Source: Polyangiales bacterium
GTDB taxonomy: Bacteria; Myxococcota_A; Polyangia; Polyangiales; Polyangiaceae
Assembly: GCA_038230375.1 (NCBI GenBank)
Contig: JBBRNJ010000005.1
Coordinates: forward strand, 96,001 to 160,000
Length of the DNA stretch: 64,000 nt
Direction: 5' to 3'
Below, one piece after another: positions 1 to 8,431 of this stretch (its first letter is position 1; each line of letters opens with the position of its first letter). The notes beneath the pieces are model-generated. The model searched no databases. It was not told the origin of the DNA and saw only the letters and a list, made by a program, of their open reading frames with translations. A program made the translations under genes and the position numbers.

Positions 1-953
1 CCACCATCTTCGTGACCATGGACACGAACCTCCGCATCCGCGCGGACGCGCTGGGCATGGTCTCGCAGAACTACGAGAACCAACGTGTCGAGGCGGAGCG
101 CCTGGATACGGGCATCATCGAGATCGAGCTCGACGGCGAGGAGATCGACAAGTTCTTCCAGGAAGGGCGCATCAAGCCCAAGAACGAGCTCTCGCCGAAC
201 ATCTGCGTGCTCCTGCGTGATCGCGCGAACCCGTCGCACACCGCGCTGGGCCGCTTCGATCCCACGAAGAAGGAGATCGTCGCGCTGCGCACCCCGCGCG
301 AAGGCGTGATGGGCGTGCGTCCGCGCAACAAGGAGCAGAGCCACGCGCTCGACCTCTTGCTCGACGAGAACATCCGGCTCGTCACGCTGGTCGGCAAGGC
401 CGGCACTGGCAAGACGCTGCTCGCGCTCGCCGCGGGACTCAAGCGCACGGTCGAGGACGGCGTGTACTCGCGCATGCTGGTCTCGCGTCCCGTCATGCCG
501 CTCGGCCGCGACATCGGCTTCTTGCCGGGCGACGTGGACGAGAAGCTGAACCCGTGGATGCAGCCCATCTTCGACAACCTGGAGTTCCTCTTCTCGAGCG
601 GAACGAAGAAGGGGCCGCGCGCGTATGCGGAGCTCCTGGAGAGCGGTCAGCTCCAGGTCGAGCCGCTCACGTACATCCGTGGTCGCTCGTTGCCCAGTCA
701 GTACATGATCGTCGACGAGGCGCAGAACCTCACGCCGCACGAGGTGAAGACCATCATCACGCGCTCTGGCGACGGCACGAAGATCGTCCTCACCGGCGAT
801 CCACACCAGATCGACAATCCCTACGTCGACAGCGCGTCGAACGGCCTCACCATCGCCGCGGACAAGTTCCGCGGGGAGAAGTGCGCCGCGAACATCGTAC
901 TTTCCAAGGGAGAGCGCAGCGAGCTCGCGGAGATCGCCGCAAACCTGCTGTGA
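1..953 (+). CDS. PhoH family protein (PIN-PhoH / PhoH2 type), 5'-truncated by the window edge
   Basis: The frame is open from the window start. FVTMDTNLRIRADALG matches the end of a PIN domain. Walker A GKAGTGKT, plus IGFLPG, EPLTYIRGRSL, VDEAQN and GDPHQID, are PhoH ATPase motifs. Confidence 0.92.
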   Translation, partial: TIFVTMDTNLRIRADALGMVSQNYENQRVEAERLDTGIIEIELDGEEIDKFFQEGRIKPKNELSPNICVLLRDRANPSHTALGRFDPTKKEIVALRTPREGVMGVRPRNKEQSHALDLLLDENIRLVTLVGKAGTGKTLLALAAGLKRTVEDGVYSRMLVSRPVMPLGRDIGFLPGDVDEKLNPWMQPIFDNLEFLFSSGTKKGPRAYAELLESGQLQVEPLTYIRGRSLPSQYMIVDEAQNLTPHEVKTIITRSGDGTKIVLTGDPHQIDNPYVDSASNGLTIAADKFRGEKCAANIVLSKGERSELAEIAANLL

Positions 954-1103
954 AGTGGAATTCACAGGGGTCAGCGCAGCTCTGACAAAAACCTGAATGG
1001 ATTTATGCGGGAATGGCCGAGTACATCCTACATATACCTTCAAGAAATATTAAAGCATGAGACGGCAGGGAGACCGATCGAGGTTTGCCCGTATAGTGGG
1101 CCA

Positions 1104-2411
1104 ATGCGTTCCTCAGCCGTCGCCATCTTCCTCCCCCTTTCCTTCCTCGTAACCGTGGCTGCTTGCAGCACCACCACCATCATCAATCACGTCGCGTCGG
1201 ACTCCGACGGCGGGACGGATGACACCGACTCCGGTGCGGTCGTCACGACCGACGGCGGCGCAAGCAAGGACGCCGGCAAGAAGGACGCGAGCGTTCCCAA
1301 GGCCGAGAACCCGCAGCCCATCCCGCCCGTCATCTACAACGGTGGTGCGCTCCTCACGGCAGCGTCGCTCGTCACCGTCACCTTCGACAACGATGCCCTC
1401 CGCACCACCGTCGAGTCATTCGACGACACGATCGGCACCAGCGCGTGGTGGGACGCGGTCCGCGTCGGCTTCTGCGACGGCAATGGCAAGAACTGCGTCG
1501 GCCAGGCAAAGAACGGCGGTCACGTCCACCTCCCGACCGGCTCCCTCCAGTCGAGCTACACGGACTCGGCAGGCGGCGGCGCGTCGACCATCCAGTCGAT
1601 GATCTCAGGGTACATCGCGAGCGCGACCTTCCCCGCGCCCACTGCGAACTCCCTCTACATGATCTACTTCCCGGCGAGCGCCACCATCTCGCTGGATGGG
1701 GACGTCAGCTGCCAGAAGTTCGGCGGCTACCACAACTCGATGAAGTACAACGGCGTGGAGTTCGCCTACGCCATCATGCCGCGCTGCGCGACGGGCAAGG
1801 GCGCGCAGGGCGATCTCGACCAGCTGACAACCGCCGCCGCCCACGAACTCGCGGAGGCCGCGACTGACCCGTTCATCTCCACTGATCCGCAGAACCCGTA
1901 CACCGGCTTCGGCTCGATCTCGGACGCATGGGACGTGCTCGCGGGCGGCGAGGTCGGCGACCGCTGCTTCGACATGTTCGGCACCGGCGCGGACCTCTAC
2001 AAGCAGGGTAGCTTCACCGTGCAGAAGATCTTCAACAACGTGGCCGCGAAGGGAGGCCACGATCCCTGCGTGCCCGCGCCGTCGCCAGCCTCGCAACCGT
2101 TCTTCAACGTGGCGCCCGTGGGTGATGGAGACGTCTTCAGCGTTGCGGTCGGTGGCACCGCCACGTTCCAGGTGCAGGGCATCGCCGACGCACCCACCGC
2201 CGAGATGGGCTTCCTTGCCTCCGAGTACAAGGGCTCCGACGTCCTCACGATCTCGCAGTCGTCGCAGTCCATCGCCGTTGGCGGCAAGGCGACGATCACC
2301 GTGAAGCTCAAGTCGAACCCGAGCCAGGGCTACGGGCTCATCCTCCTGGAGTCGCAGGTGGTGCAGAACGGTCCGATCCACTACTGGCCAATCGTCATCC
2401 AGCCGATGTGA
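1104..2411 (+). CDS. Secreted lipoprotein with Phi-1/EXORDIUM-like motifs
   Basis: Lipobox-like VAAC follows a hydrophobic stretch, then an acidic/DAG linker. Motifs GGYHNS, HELAEAATDP, GEVGDRC and VQKIFNN. Start moved to ATG 1104 because the upstream part of the ORF lies in AT-rich intergenic-looking DNA. Confidence 0.7.
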   Translation: MRSSAVAIFLPLSFLVTVAACSTTTIINHVASDSDGGTDDTDSGAVVTTDGGASKDAGKKDASVPKAENPQPIPPVIYNGGALLTAASLVTVTFDNDALRTTVESFDDTIGTSAWWDAVRVGFCDGNGKNCVGQAKNGGHVHLPTGSLQSSYTDSAGGGASTIQSMISGYIASATFPAPTANSLYMIYFPASATISLDGDVSCQKFGGYHNSMKYNGVEFAYAIMPRCATGKGAQGDLDQLTTAAAHELAEAATDPFISTDPQNPYTGFGSISDAWDVLAGGEVGDRCFDMFGTGADLYKQGSFTVQKIFNNVAAKGGHDPCVPAPSPASQPFFNVAPVGDGDVFSVAVGGTATFQVQGIADAPTAEMGFLASEYKGSDVLTISQSSQSIAVGGKATITVKLKSNPSQGYGLILLESQVVQNGPIHYWPIVIQPM

Positions 2412-2439
2412 CCCAAGAAGACGCGTGCGGCGGCCTCAC

Positions 2440-2498
2440 GCCGAACGTGACCGACGCGCCACGATCACCTCCCGATCGTGGCGCTTCGTCGTTTGTAT
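2440..2498. repeat. Hairpin-containing direct repeat, copy 1
   Basis: gccgaacgtgacc-gacgcgccacgatc-acctccc-gatcgtggcgcttc-gtcgtttgtat. Nearly identical to 2888-2947. Confidence 0.85.
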
Positions 2499-2640
2499 GC
2501 AACGAAAATCCTACTCACTGCCCGTTGGCCACCTCGCGTCTGACCATGGTCAGCGGCGAACAACAGTGCGCGCGAGAACAACGGTGCCTCGGGCTGGCGT
2601 GGTGATTGCTTGCTGGGCTGCTACACTCACGGAGGGAGCC

Positions 2641-2859
2641 ATGAGCGATCTGACGACCAAGGTACTCATCGAGATACGCGACGAGATGAAGGCCACGCGC
2701 GGGGAGCTGCGCGAAGGCCTCGGGGAGCTGCGCGCAGTCGCCGAGCGTCACGAGGAGGCGCTCGGAAAGCTCGTTGTGGGCGTGAATTCGCTCAACACCC
2801 GCTTCGACAACTTCCTCACCGGCGTCCACAAGCCGGATGAGCGCCCTCTGACCCTCTGA
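2641..2859 (+). CDS. Small coiled-coil hypothetical protein (72 aa)
   Basis: GGAGGGA Shine-Dalgarno-like sequence just upstream of ATG 2641. MSDLTTKVLIEIRDEMKATRGELREGLGELR has an amphipathic heptad pattern. Confidence 0.65.
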   Translation: MSDLTTKVLIEIRDEMKATRGELREGLGELRAVAERHEEALGKLVVGVNSLNTRFDNFLTGVHKPDERPLTL

Positions 2860-2887
2860 GCGACAACGCTTGCCGGCGACAACCCTT

Positions 2888-2947
2888 GCCGAACGTGACC
2901 TGAAGCGCCACGATCAGCTGACGATCGTGGCGCTTCGTCGCTTGTAT
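2888..2947. repeat. Hairpin-containing direct repeat, copy 2 (overlaps the start of the next CDS)
   Basis: Perfect 14-bp stem gaagcgccacgatc / gatcgtggcgcttc with a 7-nt loop. Flanks are shared with copy 1. Confidence 0.85.
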
Positions 2948-3490
2948 ACTGCACTGATTCTGGCGTGTGCCCTCACAGGGTGCACGTCGCAGGGAGGCTC
3001 GTACGTGCGCACCGGCGAGGTCGCGCCGGCCTACGCGGGCCCGGTGCGTATCTACGCCTCCGGCAATCCACCGCCCGGCGCCGTGGACCTTGGCGTGATC
3101 GAGGTCCACGGGGAGCAGCAAGAGGGAACGGTAGACGAGCTCCTCCCCATGTTCGTTCGCCGCGTAGCAGCGGCAGGAGGCGACGCCGCAGTGATCGATG
3201 GAGTCCGAGCCCGCTTCGAGATGGTCCCAAGAGTCCAGATCGAAACGGGCTACGTGATCTGCGGCCGAGGTCACCCCTGCGCAACGAAGTCCGCCTATGG
3301 CACCACAGACGAAGTGATGATCGTCTCGATCTTCGGCAGAGCCATGACCACGCGCCACGCCTCGGCCCCGGTTCCCACTCCCGCTCCCGCTCTCGCCCCT
3401 GCTCCCGCTCCCGTTCCGGATCCCGATCCAGTCCCCAGCTCCCGCGAGCCAGAACGAGGCCCTCCACCAGACGAGGTGATCATCCCATGA
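2927..3490 (+). CDS. Lipoprotein, YbjQ/heavy-metal-binding-like fold, Pro-rich tail
   Basis: GTG start, signal peptide and LTGC lipobox. DLGVIEV...RVAAAGGDAAVI pattern resembles YbjQ-like domains. C-terminal PAPA/PDPD repeats. Confidence 0.65.
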   Translation: MALRRLYTALILACALTGCTSQGGSYVRTGEVAPAYAGPVRIYASGNPPPGAVDLGVIEVHGEQQEGTVDELLPMFVRRVAAAGGDAAVIDGVRARFEMVPRVQIETGYVICGRGHPCATKSAYGTTDEVMIVSIFGRAMTTRHASAPVPTPAPALAPAPAPVPDPDPVPSSREPERGPPPDEVIIP

Positions 3491-3954
3491 AACACCTCCC
3501 CCTGAACCTTCACCTCCCCCTCAACCATCACCTCCCCGTCAACCTCCCCCTAAACCTAAACCTTCACCTCGCCCTCGCCGTCGCCCTCTCCGTCGCCCTC
3601 TCCCTCACCGCCTGCGCCCACGCAGAGTCCCACGCCGCCATGTTCCGCGAGCCCCGCCCGCCCGTGTCTTCCGTCGACCTGATCTCCGCCGACACCCCCG
3701 TCACGCGTCCATACACGGAGCTAGGTCTGGTCCAGGCATTCGGCTTCGGTGACACCGCAGCCTCCGAGGACGTCGTCCGCGAGCTCCGCGCAAGGGCCGC
3801 CTCTCTGGGCTGCGAGGGCATCATTCGCATGCGTATCGACGTCGGATACACCCGTTCCCACGGCGCGGGTGTTTGCGTACGCTGGGACGGTGGCCCCAGT
3901 CCCGGGGCCGGAGTCCGCACCGACCCGATGCCCCAGCCAGGAGCCCTCCAGTGA
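3487..3954 (+). CDS. Lipoprotein, YbjQ-like, paralogous in style to the upstream gene
   Basis: ATGA overlap with the upstream stop. LTAC lipobox. RPYTELGLVQA...LRARAASLGCEGII pattern. The N-terminus is encoded by a hexamer repeat (LPLNLH). Confidence 0.7.
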   Translation: MKHLPLNLHLPLNHHLPVNLPLNLNLHLALAVALSVALSLTACAHAESHAAMFREPRPPVSSVDLISADTPVTRPYTELGLVQAFGFGDTAASEDVVRELRARAASLGCEGIIRMRIDVGYTRSHGAGVCVRWDGGPSPGAGVRTDPMPQPGALQ

Positions 3955-5534
3955 CCGTCGGAAACGCGCGACCAAGCACGTCGTTCGACGCGGTGCTGCG
4001 CGCAGAGGGCCTGGTGACGGAGCGCATCTATGCCTCGCTCGAGAGCGAGGCCCACGCAGGTTCGGCGCCGGTCTTTCCACGCACCAACGCCTTCGGCGAA
4101 GAGATCCTCCTCGACAAGAGCGCTGACTTCTCCGCGCTCGTGTCTTTCGCGAAGGAGGCCGCGGAGTCTGGCGTTCGCATCACGCTGATCGGAACAGCGC
4201 CAGAGGTGCTCGCGGCCCGCAGGCCACTGCGCGCGCTGGTCGCATCACGCCTGGGAGTCTGCGTGCACGTGCTCGCGGATCCACACGCCATGCGCGGTGC
4301 TGTCTACGGGCTGCTCGACCTTGGCTTTGGCCTTTTGTTCTCGTCCGGGCCAGAGGATTCGTTCGATCTGGCACTCATCGCACGCCGCGCCGCGGAGGAC
4401 TGCGGTGTTCCGTTCTTCGTGGTGCACGAGCACGCGCAGCTCACGTCGTACGAGGTGGTGTCCATGCGTGACGCCGACGCGCTCGGAGCCTACGTCGGTG
4501 CGCCGCGCGCGCGCCTCTCCAAGTTGAGCGACCCATCGCACCCGGTGTTCGTCCAGGCGGACGAGCGCACGTTTGCTCGTCGCGCATCCTTCGCGCTCTC
4601 GTCTGCGCTGCGCGGGTTCGAGTCCGTGGCGCATCGCCGTCATGACGTGATGGAGCGCGCGGGGCCAGGCGCCCTTGGCGGCGCCGGCGAGGCGGACGCA
4701 GTGCTCGTGGGACTGGGGGTGACCGGAGACTGCCTGCTCGGTGTTGCGGAGCGCTCGCAGAACGGCCCGCGCCCGCTCGCCGCGCTGAAGATCACCGCGC
4801 TCAGGCCGCTGGACGGTCCGCGCATCGTGAAGACGCTTGCCCGGGCACACGGCGTCACCGTGATCGAGGCAGGGCTGGATCCGCTGACGGAGACCATGCC
4901 GCTCGCCCGCGAGCTGAAGGCCGCGTTCACGGACGCGATCACCTGGGCGCCGGGATATCCCGGTGTTGGTCGCGTGCCCCGCTTCACGTCCGCAGTGCTC
5001 GGACAGGGCGGCCTGACCGAGGACGACCTTGCCGCCGCCATCTGCAACATGCGCGATGGGGACACCGCCAGCCGCTCGTTCGTCTTCGGCGAAGCCGACG
5101 CGCCACGCAAGGCGACCGAGGCCGACCGCGACGTATCCACCGCGCCGCGCATCCGCGTCTCCTGCAAGGACCCGGAGTCCGCGGCGAAGGTCGCGCGATG
5201 CATCCTTGCCGCGGTGACGGGCGCGGCCGGCCTGCGCGCGCGCGCCGCGCTCCGCGCCGGTGACGAGGGCGCGGTGTTCGTGGACGTCTCCGCAAGCAGG
5301 GACCTTGCCCGCGCCGAGCCCGTGCGCGGCTCCTTCGACTGGGCCATGCCCATGCGCGACGACGAGGCGAGCTCCGCCGCGCTTGCCGCTGCGTTCATCA
5401 TCCACGCGCATCGCGCTCTGGTCGACGGCGGTCAGATCGCAAGCGAGATCGCCGCTACGTCGGGCAACCCAGAGGATGCGACCCACGCGCGCGCCGCCGT
5501 CGAGTCCGGTCGCTGGCGCACGCGAGCGTCCTAG
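3951..5534 (+). CDS. Degenerate pyruvate:ferredoxin oxidoreductase-like protein (N-terminal/domain II regions only)
   Basis: GTGA overlap with the upstream stop. TNAFG, DSFDLALIARRAAE..GVPFFVVHE, ADAVLVGLG and KITALRPL resemble the PFOR N-terminal and domain II regions. No ferredoxin CxxCxxC or TPP-binding GDG motif. Confidence 0.65.
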   Translation: MTVGNARPSTSFDAVLRAEGLVTERIYASLESEAHAGSAPVFPRTNAFGEEILLDKSADFSALVSFAKEAAESGVRITLIGTAPEVLAARRPLRALVASRLGVCVHVLADPHAMRGAVYGLLDLGFGLLFSSGPEDSFDLALIARRAAEDCGVPFFVVHEHAQLTSYEVVSMRDADALGAYVGAPRARLSKLSDPSHPVFVQADERTFARRASFALSSALRGFESVAHRRHDVMERAGPGALGGAGEADAVLVGLGVTGDCLLGVAERSQNGPRPLAALKITALRPLDGPRIVKTLARAHGVTVIEAGLDPLTETMPLARELKAAFTDAITWAPGYPGVGRVPRFTSAVLGQGGLTEDDLAAAICNMRDGDTASRSFVFGEADAPRKATEADRDVSTAPRIRVSCKDPESAAKVARCILAAVTGAAGLRARAALRAGDEGAVFVDVSASRDLARAEPVRGSFDWAMPMRDDEASSAALAAAFIIHAHRALVDGGQIASEIAATSGNPEDATHARAAVESGRWRTRAS

Positions 5535-5547
5535 AAGGCCCGGTCGC

Positions 5548-6492
5548 GTGCGCATTCGATCACCATTCGTACTCGTGATGGCGCTCTTCGTGCCTGCGCT
5601 GGCGCTTGCTCAGCCCATGTCGGACGACGACGGCGAGGACGAGCCGAAGCCGTTGCCTGCTCCGAGCACCTCCGCCGCTTCATCCGCCGACATGAAACCG
5701 GACGCGGATGCGGGCGCGAAGGTCGCGTCGTCCGCGTCGTCCGCGTCGTCCGCGTCGTCCAGCGCACATCCGCCCGGGCCACCGCACGCGCAGGTCCCGG
5801 GCATGGTCTTCATCCCTGGTGGCCGCTTCGTCATGGGGGCCGCCGCAGCGGACAAGACCTCGGCTCCGAACGAGCGGCCGTCACACACGGAGGTCGTGCC
5901 GGCCTTCTACATCGACAAGATGGAGGTGACCGTGGACGCGTACCACGCGTGCGTGGAGAAGCGCGCGTGCCTGGTGCCGGCCATAACAAGTGCACTATGC
6001 ACCTATTCGCTTTTCGACCCTCTGCTTCCCGTCAGCTGCGTGCACTGGTCCGACGCGGACGCCTACTGCCGCAGCGTGGCCAAGCGTCTTCCGCGCGAGG
6101 TCGAGTGGGAGCTGGCGGCGCGAGGCAGATCGGCCGCGCGCTTTCCGTGGGGCGGCGCGCCCGGTGGCTGCAACTTCGCCGCGACGCTGCTGCACGAGTC
6201 CACCGGTCGGAGCTGCTCCGGCAAGCGGCCCTCGCGCGTGGGCACGCACCTGTCGGGTCAGAGCCCGTTCGGCGTGATGGACATGTCCGGCAACGTCGAG
6301 GAGTGGGTGAGTGACTTCTACGTCGAGCACATCGCGGAGGGCGTTGCGCCTCGCTCGGGCGCTAGCCGTGTGCTGCGGGGCGGGGGCTGGCTCTCGCCGC
6401 CGTCCATGACGAAGGCCACGTCGCGCAACTGGGGCTCTGCGCTGGAGGCGGGGCCCAACGTTGGCTTCCGCTGCGCCAAGGACAAGGACTGA
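5548..6492 (+). CDS. FGE-sulfatase (SUMF1/EgtB/PvdO) fold protein, secreted
   Basis: GMVFIPGGRFVMG, FYIDKMEVT, PVSCVHW, KRLPREVEWELAARG, FPWG, DMSGNVEEW, RGGGW and GFRCA motifs. Signal peptide ends ALA-Q. Start is GTG 5548 or ATG 5578. Confidence 0.9.
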   Translation: MRIRSPFVLVMALFVPALALAQPMSDDDGEDEPKPLPAPSTSAASSADMKPDADAGAKVASSASSASSASSSAHPPGPPHAQVPGMVFIPGGRFVMGAAAADKTSAPNERPSHTEVVPAFYIDKMEVTVDAYHACVEKRACLVPAITSALCTYSLFDPLLPVSCVHWSDADAYCRSVAKRLPREVEWELAARGRSAARFPWGGAPGGCNFAATLLHESTGRSCSGKRPSRVGTHLSGQSPFGVMDMSGNVEEWVSDFYVEHIAEGVAPRSGASRVLRGGGWLSPPSMTKATSRNWGSALEAGPNVGFRCAKDKD

Positions 6493-7638
6493 ATGGAGCG
6501 CTTCGGACGGCAGGGCAACCTGAGCAAGCAGGCCCAGGCGTGGTGGACCGCCTCACGCGCGCTTGGCTTCGAGCTGCGCGACGACACCAACGGCAACACG
6601 GTTCCGCCCGTCTGGGACACCATGGTCGCCTCGCTGCGGCCGCACACGCAGCTCTCCGAGCACAACTGGATGGTCGGTGTGGTGGACGGCGTGCCTGCCA
6701 TGATCACCTACTATTTTCGTGACGGCGGCTCGAGCAGCGACACGCACTGCACGTACGCGATGGTGCAGATCGATCCGCCGCTCTTCCTGGGAATGCACCT
6801 GTCGCGCAGGACATGGCTCTGCGGCGTCCCGAAGATCGGCGTGCCGTTCTTCGACGACGGGCTCTACGTGCAAGCCTTTCAGCCCGAGCGCGGCCACGCG
6901 ATGGTGTGGCCAGGCCGCCAGCCGCCGCTCGCCGACCACGCGCTCTCTGCCGTCGCGCGCGGCATGAATCCGGACGCCTACGATACGTTCGCCGCGACGT
7001 CGGTCTCGCGCTTCGAGGCGGACCCGAGCGTCCTCCAGGAAATGCTCGCCCGTGCGTCCGCGCTCGCGCGCGCGGCGGTGGAGCGGCGCGTGACGATCGG
7101 CGAGACCCGCGACGAGACCCTCGTTCGTGACGCATGGGCGCACTTCGCGGAGCGCGAGCGGTTCGCCTTTGACGTGCCCCGGCGCACCCTGCGCGGGAAT
7201 TTCCAGGGGTTCGAGGCGCACGTCCTCACGCGCAGTAGCCCGACGACGATGTGGAATCAGATCTTGCTGAGCCTGCCCACGGACACCGGCATGAGCGTGG
7301 ACGTCGCGCCGGAGTCCGGGCTCACGCGGTTCGCGAACGTCATAGGCTTCTCCGATATCGAGGTGGGGGACGCCGCGTTCGATCGCGCCCTCCGCCTGAA
7401 GGGTAGTCCCGCGCCGCTCGTCCGCGCGTTCTTCGCACGGGCGGAGACACGCGCCCATGCCATTGCGCTGGTCCAGAAGTACGGTCGCTTCGCGGTGCTG
7501 GGACGCTTCGTGAGCCTCGGGATGCCGCGGCCGTGCGTGAGCGAAGCAGAGCTGTGGGCCGTGCTGATGGACGTTGCGACCCTGGCGGCAGCCGCGACAG
7601 GAAAAGTAGCACCGCAACAGGGCCCGTACCGAGGTTGA
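6493..7638 (+). CDS. Hypothetical protein with an internally duplicated domain
   Basis: Starts immediately after the upstream stop. Two similar motifs, KIGVPFFDDGLYVQA and DIEVGDAAFDRALRLKG. Ends in GPYRG. Confidence 0.7.
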   Translation: MERFGRQGNLSKQAQAWWTASRALGFELRDDTNGNTVPPVWDTMVASLRPHTQLSEHNWMVGVVDGVPAMITYYFRDGGSSSDTHCTYAMVQIDPPLFLGMHLSRRTWLCGVPKIGVPFFDDGLYVQAFQPERGHAMVWPGRQPPLADHALSAVARGMNPDAYDTFAATSVSRFEADPSVLQEMLARASALARAAVERRVTIGETRDETLVRDAWAHFAERERFAFDVPRRTLRGNFQGFEAHVLTRSSPTTMWNQILLSLPTDTGMSVDVAPESGLTRFANVIGFSDIEVGDAAFDRALRLKGSPAPLVRAFFARAETRAHAIALVQKYGRFAVLGRFVSLGMPRPCVSEAELWAVLMDVATLAAAATGKVAPQQGPYRG

Positions 7639-7804
7639 GGTCGAGGTCGAGGTCGAGGTCGAGGTCAAGGTCGAGGTCGAGGTCGAGGTCGAGGTCGAGG
7701 TTCGGGTCGAGGTTCAGGTCGAAGTTCAGGTCGAGGTCGAAGTTCAGGTCAAAGTTCAGGTCGAAGTTCGGGTCGAAGTTCGGGTCGAAGTTCAGGTCGA
7801 GGTC
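7631..7804. repeat. Degenerate hexamer tandem array (GAGGTC/GAAGTT/CAGGTC), 29 units
   Basis: 174 bp with unbroken 6-bp periodicity, shifting from GAGGTC to alternating GAAGTT-CAGGTC. Confidence 0.95.
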
Positions 7805-8007
7805 TACGTTCGGGAACAAATAGTGCTCTCGGCGGGCTTCTGGCTCACGCTCCGCCGCTGTGGCAGGGCTGCCTCGTGGCGGCGGAAAACACGACCCCGC
7901 ATTGACTTGCCCCCCCCCTCTCGACTATCCCCCACTTCCCCTGTCCATCGATTTCGCGGGCTCCCCGCGAGGCCGGCGGTGCGCGGGTAAAAAAGGCGGA
8001 ATTTCTC

Positions 8008-8424
8008 ATGTTTCAAAACGCTGGACCCAAGGCCGGAACCCCGGGCGTAGCCCAAGACCCCGCAGGCGCCGCTGGTGCTGGCGGAGCTCCGGCCGCTGCG
8101 CCCCCGGGCGGCGCGCTCACGATGTTCCTGCCGCTGCTCATCATGGTCCCCTTTCTCTTCCTGATGTTCCGCCGTCAGAAGAAGGAGTCGGAGTCGCGCA
8201 AAGGCCTGAAGAAGGGCGACAAGGTCGTGACCCAGTCCGGCCTCATCGGTGAGCTCCTCGAGATGGACGAGAAGATCGCCAAGGTGAAGATCGCGCCAGG
8301 CGTGAACGTCCAGGTTCTGGCGAGCAGCCTTGGGCCGCTCGACGCCGCCGCGCCCGCCAAGGCCGACGACAAGGATCTGAAGGATCTCAAGGAAGCCAAA
8401 GCGGCTGCCGCCGACAAGAAGTAG
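8008..8424 (+). CDS. yajC: Preprotein translocase subunit YajC
   Basis: One TM segment, then RRQKKE and LKKGDKVVTQSGLIG. Lies directly upstream of secD-secF. Confidence 0.95.
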   Translation: MFQNAGPKAGTPGVAQDPAGAAGAGGAPAAAPPGGALTMFLPLLIMVPFLFLMFRRQKKESESRKGLKKGDKVVTQSGLIGELLEMDEKIAKVKIAPGVNVQVLASSLGPLDAAAPAKADDKDLKDLKEAKAAAADKK

Positions 8425-8431
8425 GACTCGT

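Noticed and set aside
2440..2947. Integron attC sites flanking a gene cassette
   Set aside because: The ends do not fit RYYYAAC/GTTRRRY (copy 2 lacks GTT) and no integrase is present. Kept only as a hairpin direct repeat.
7340..7823. RS-rich (7533..7823 +) and DL/NF-rich (7340..7819 -) ORFs
   Set aside because: They are translations of the hexamer array and overlap a better-supported gene.
7902..7931. Sigma70 promoter for yajC (TTGACT...)
   Set aside because: The -35 is good, but there is no convincing -10 element at 16-18 bp.
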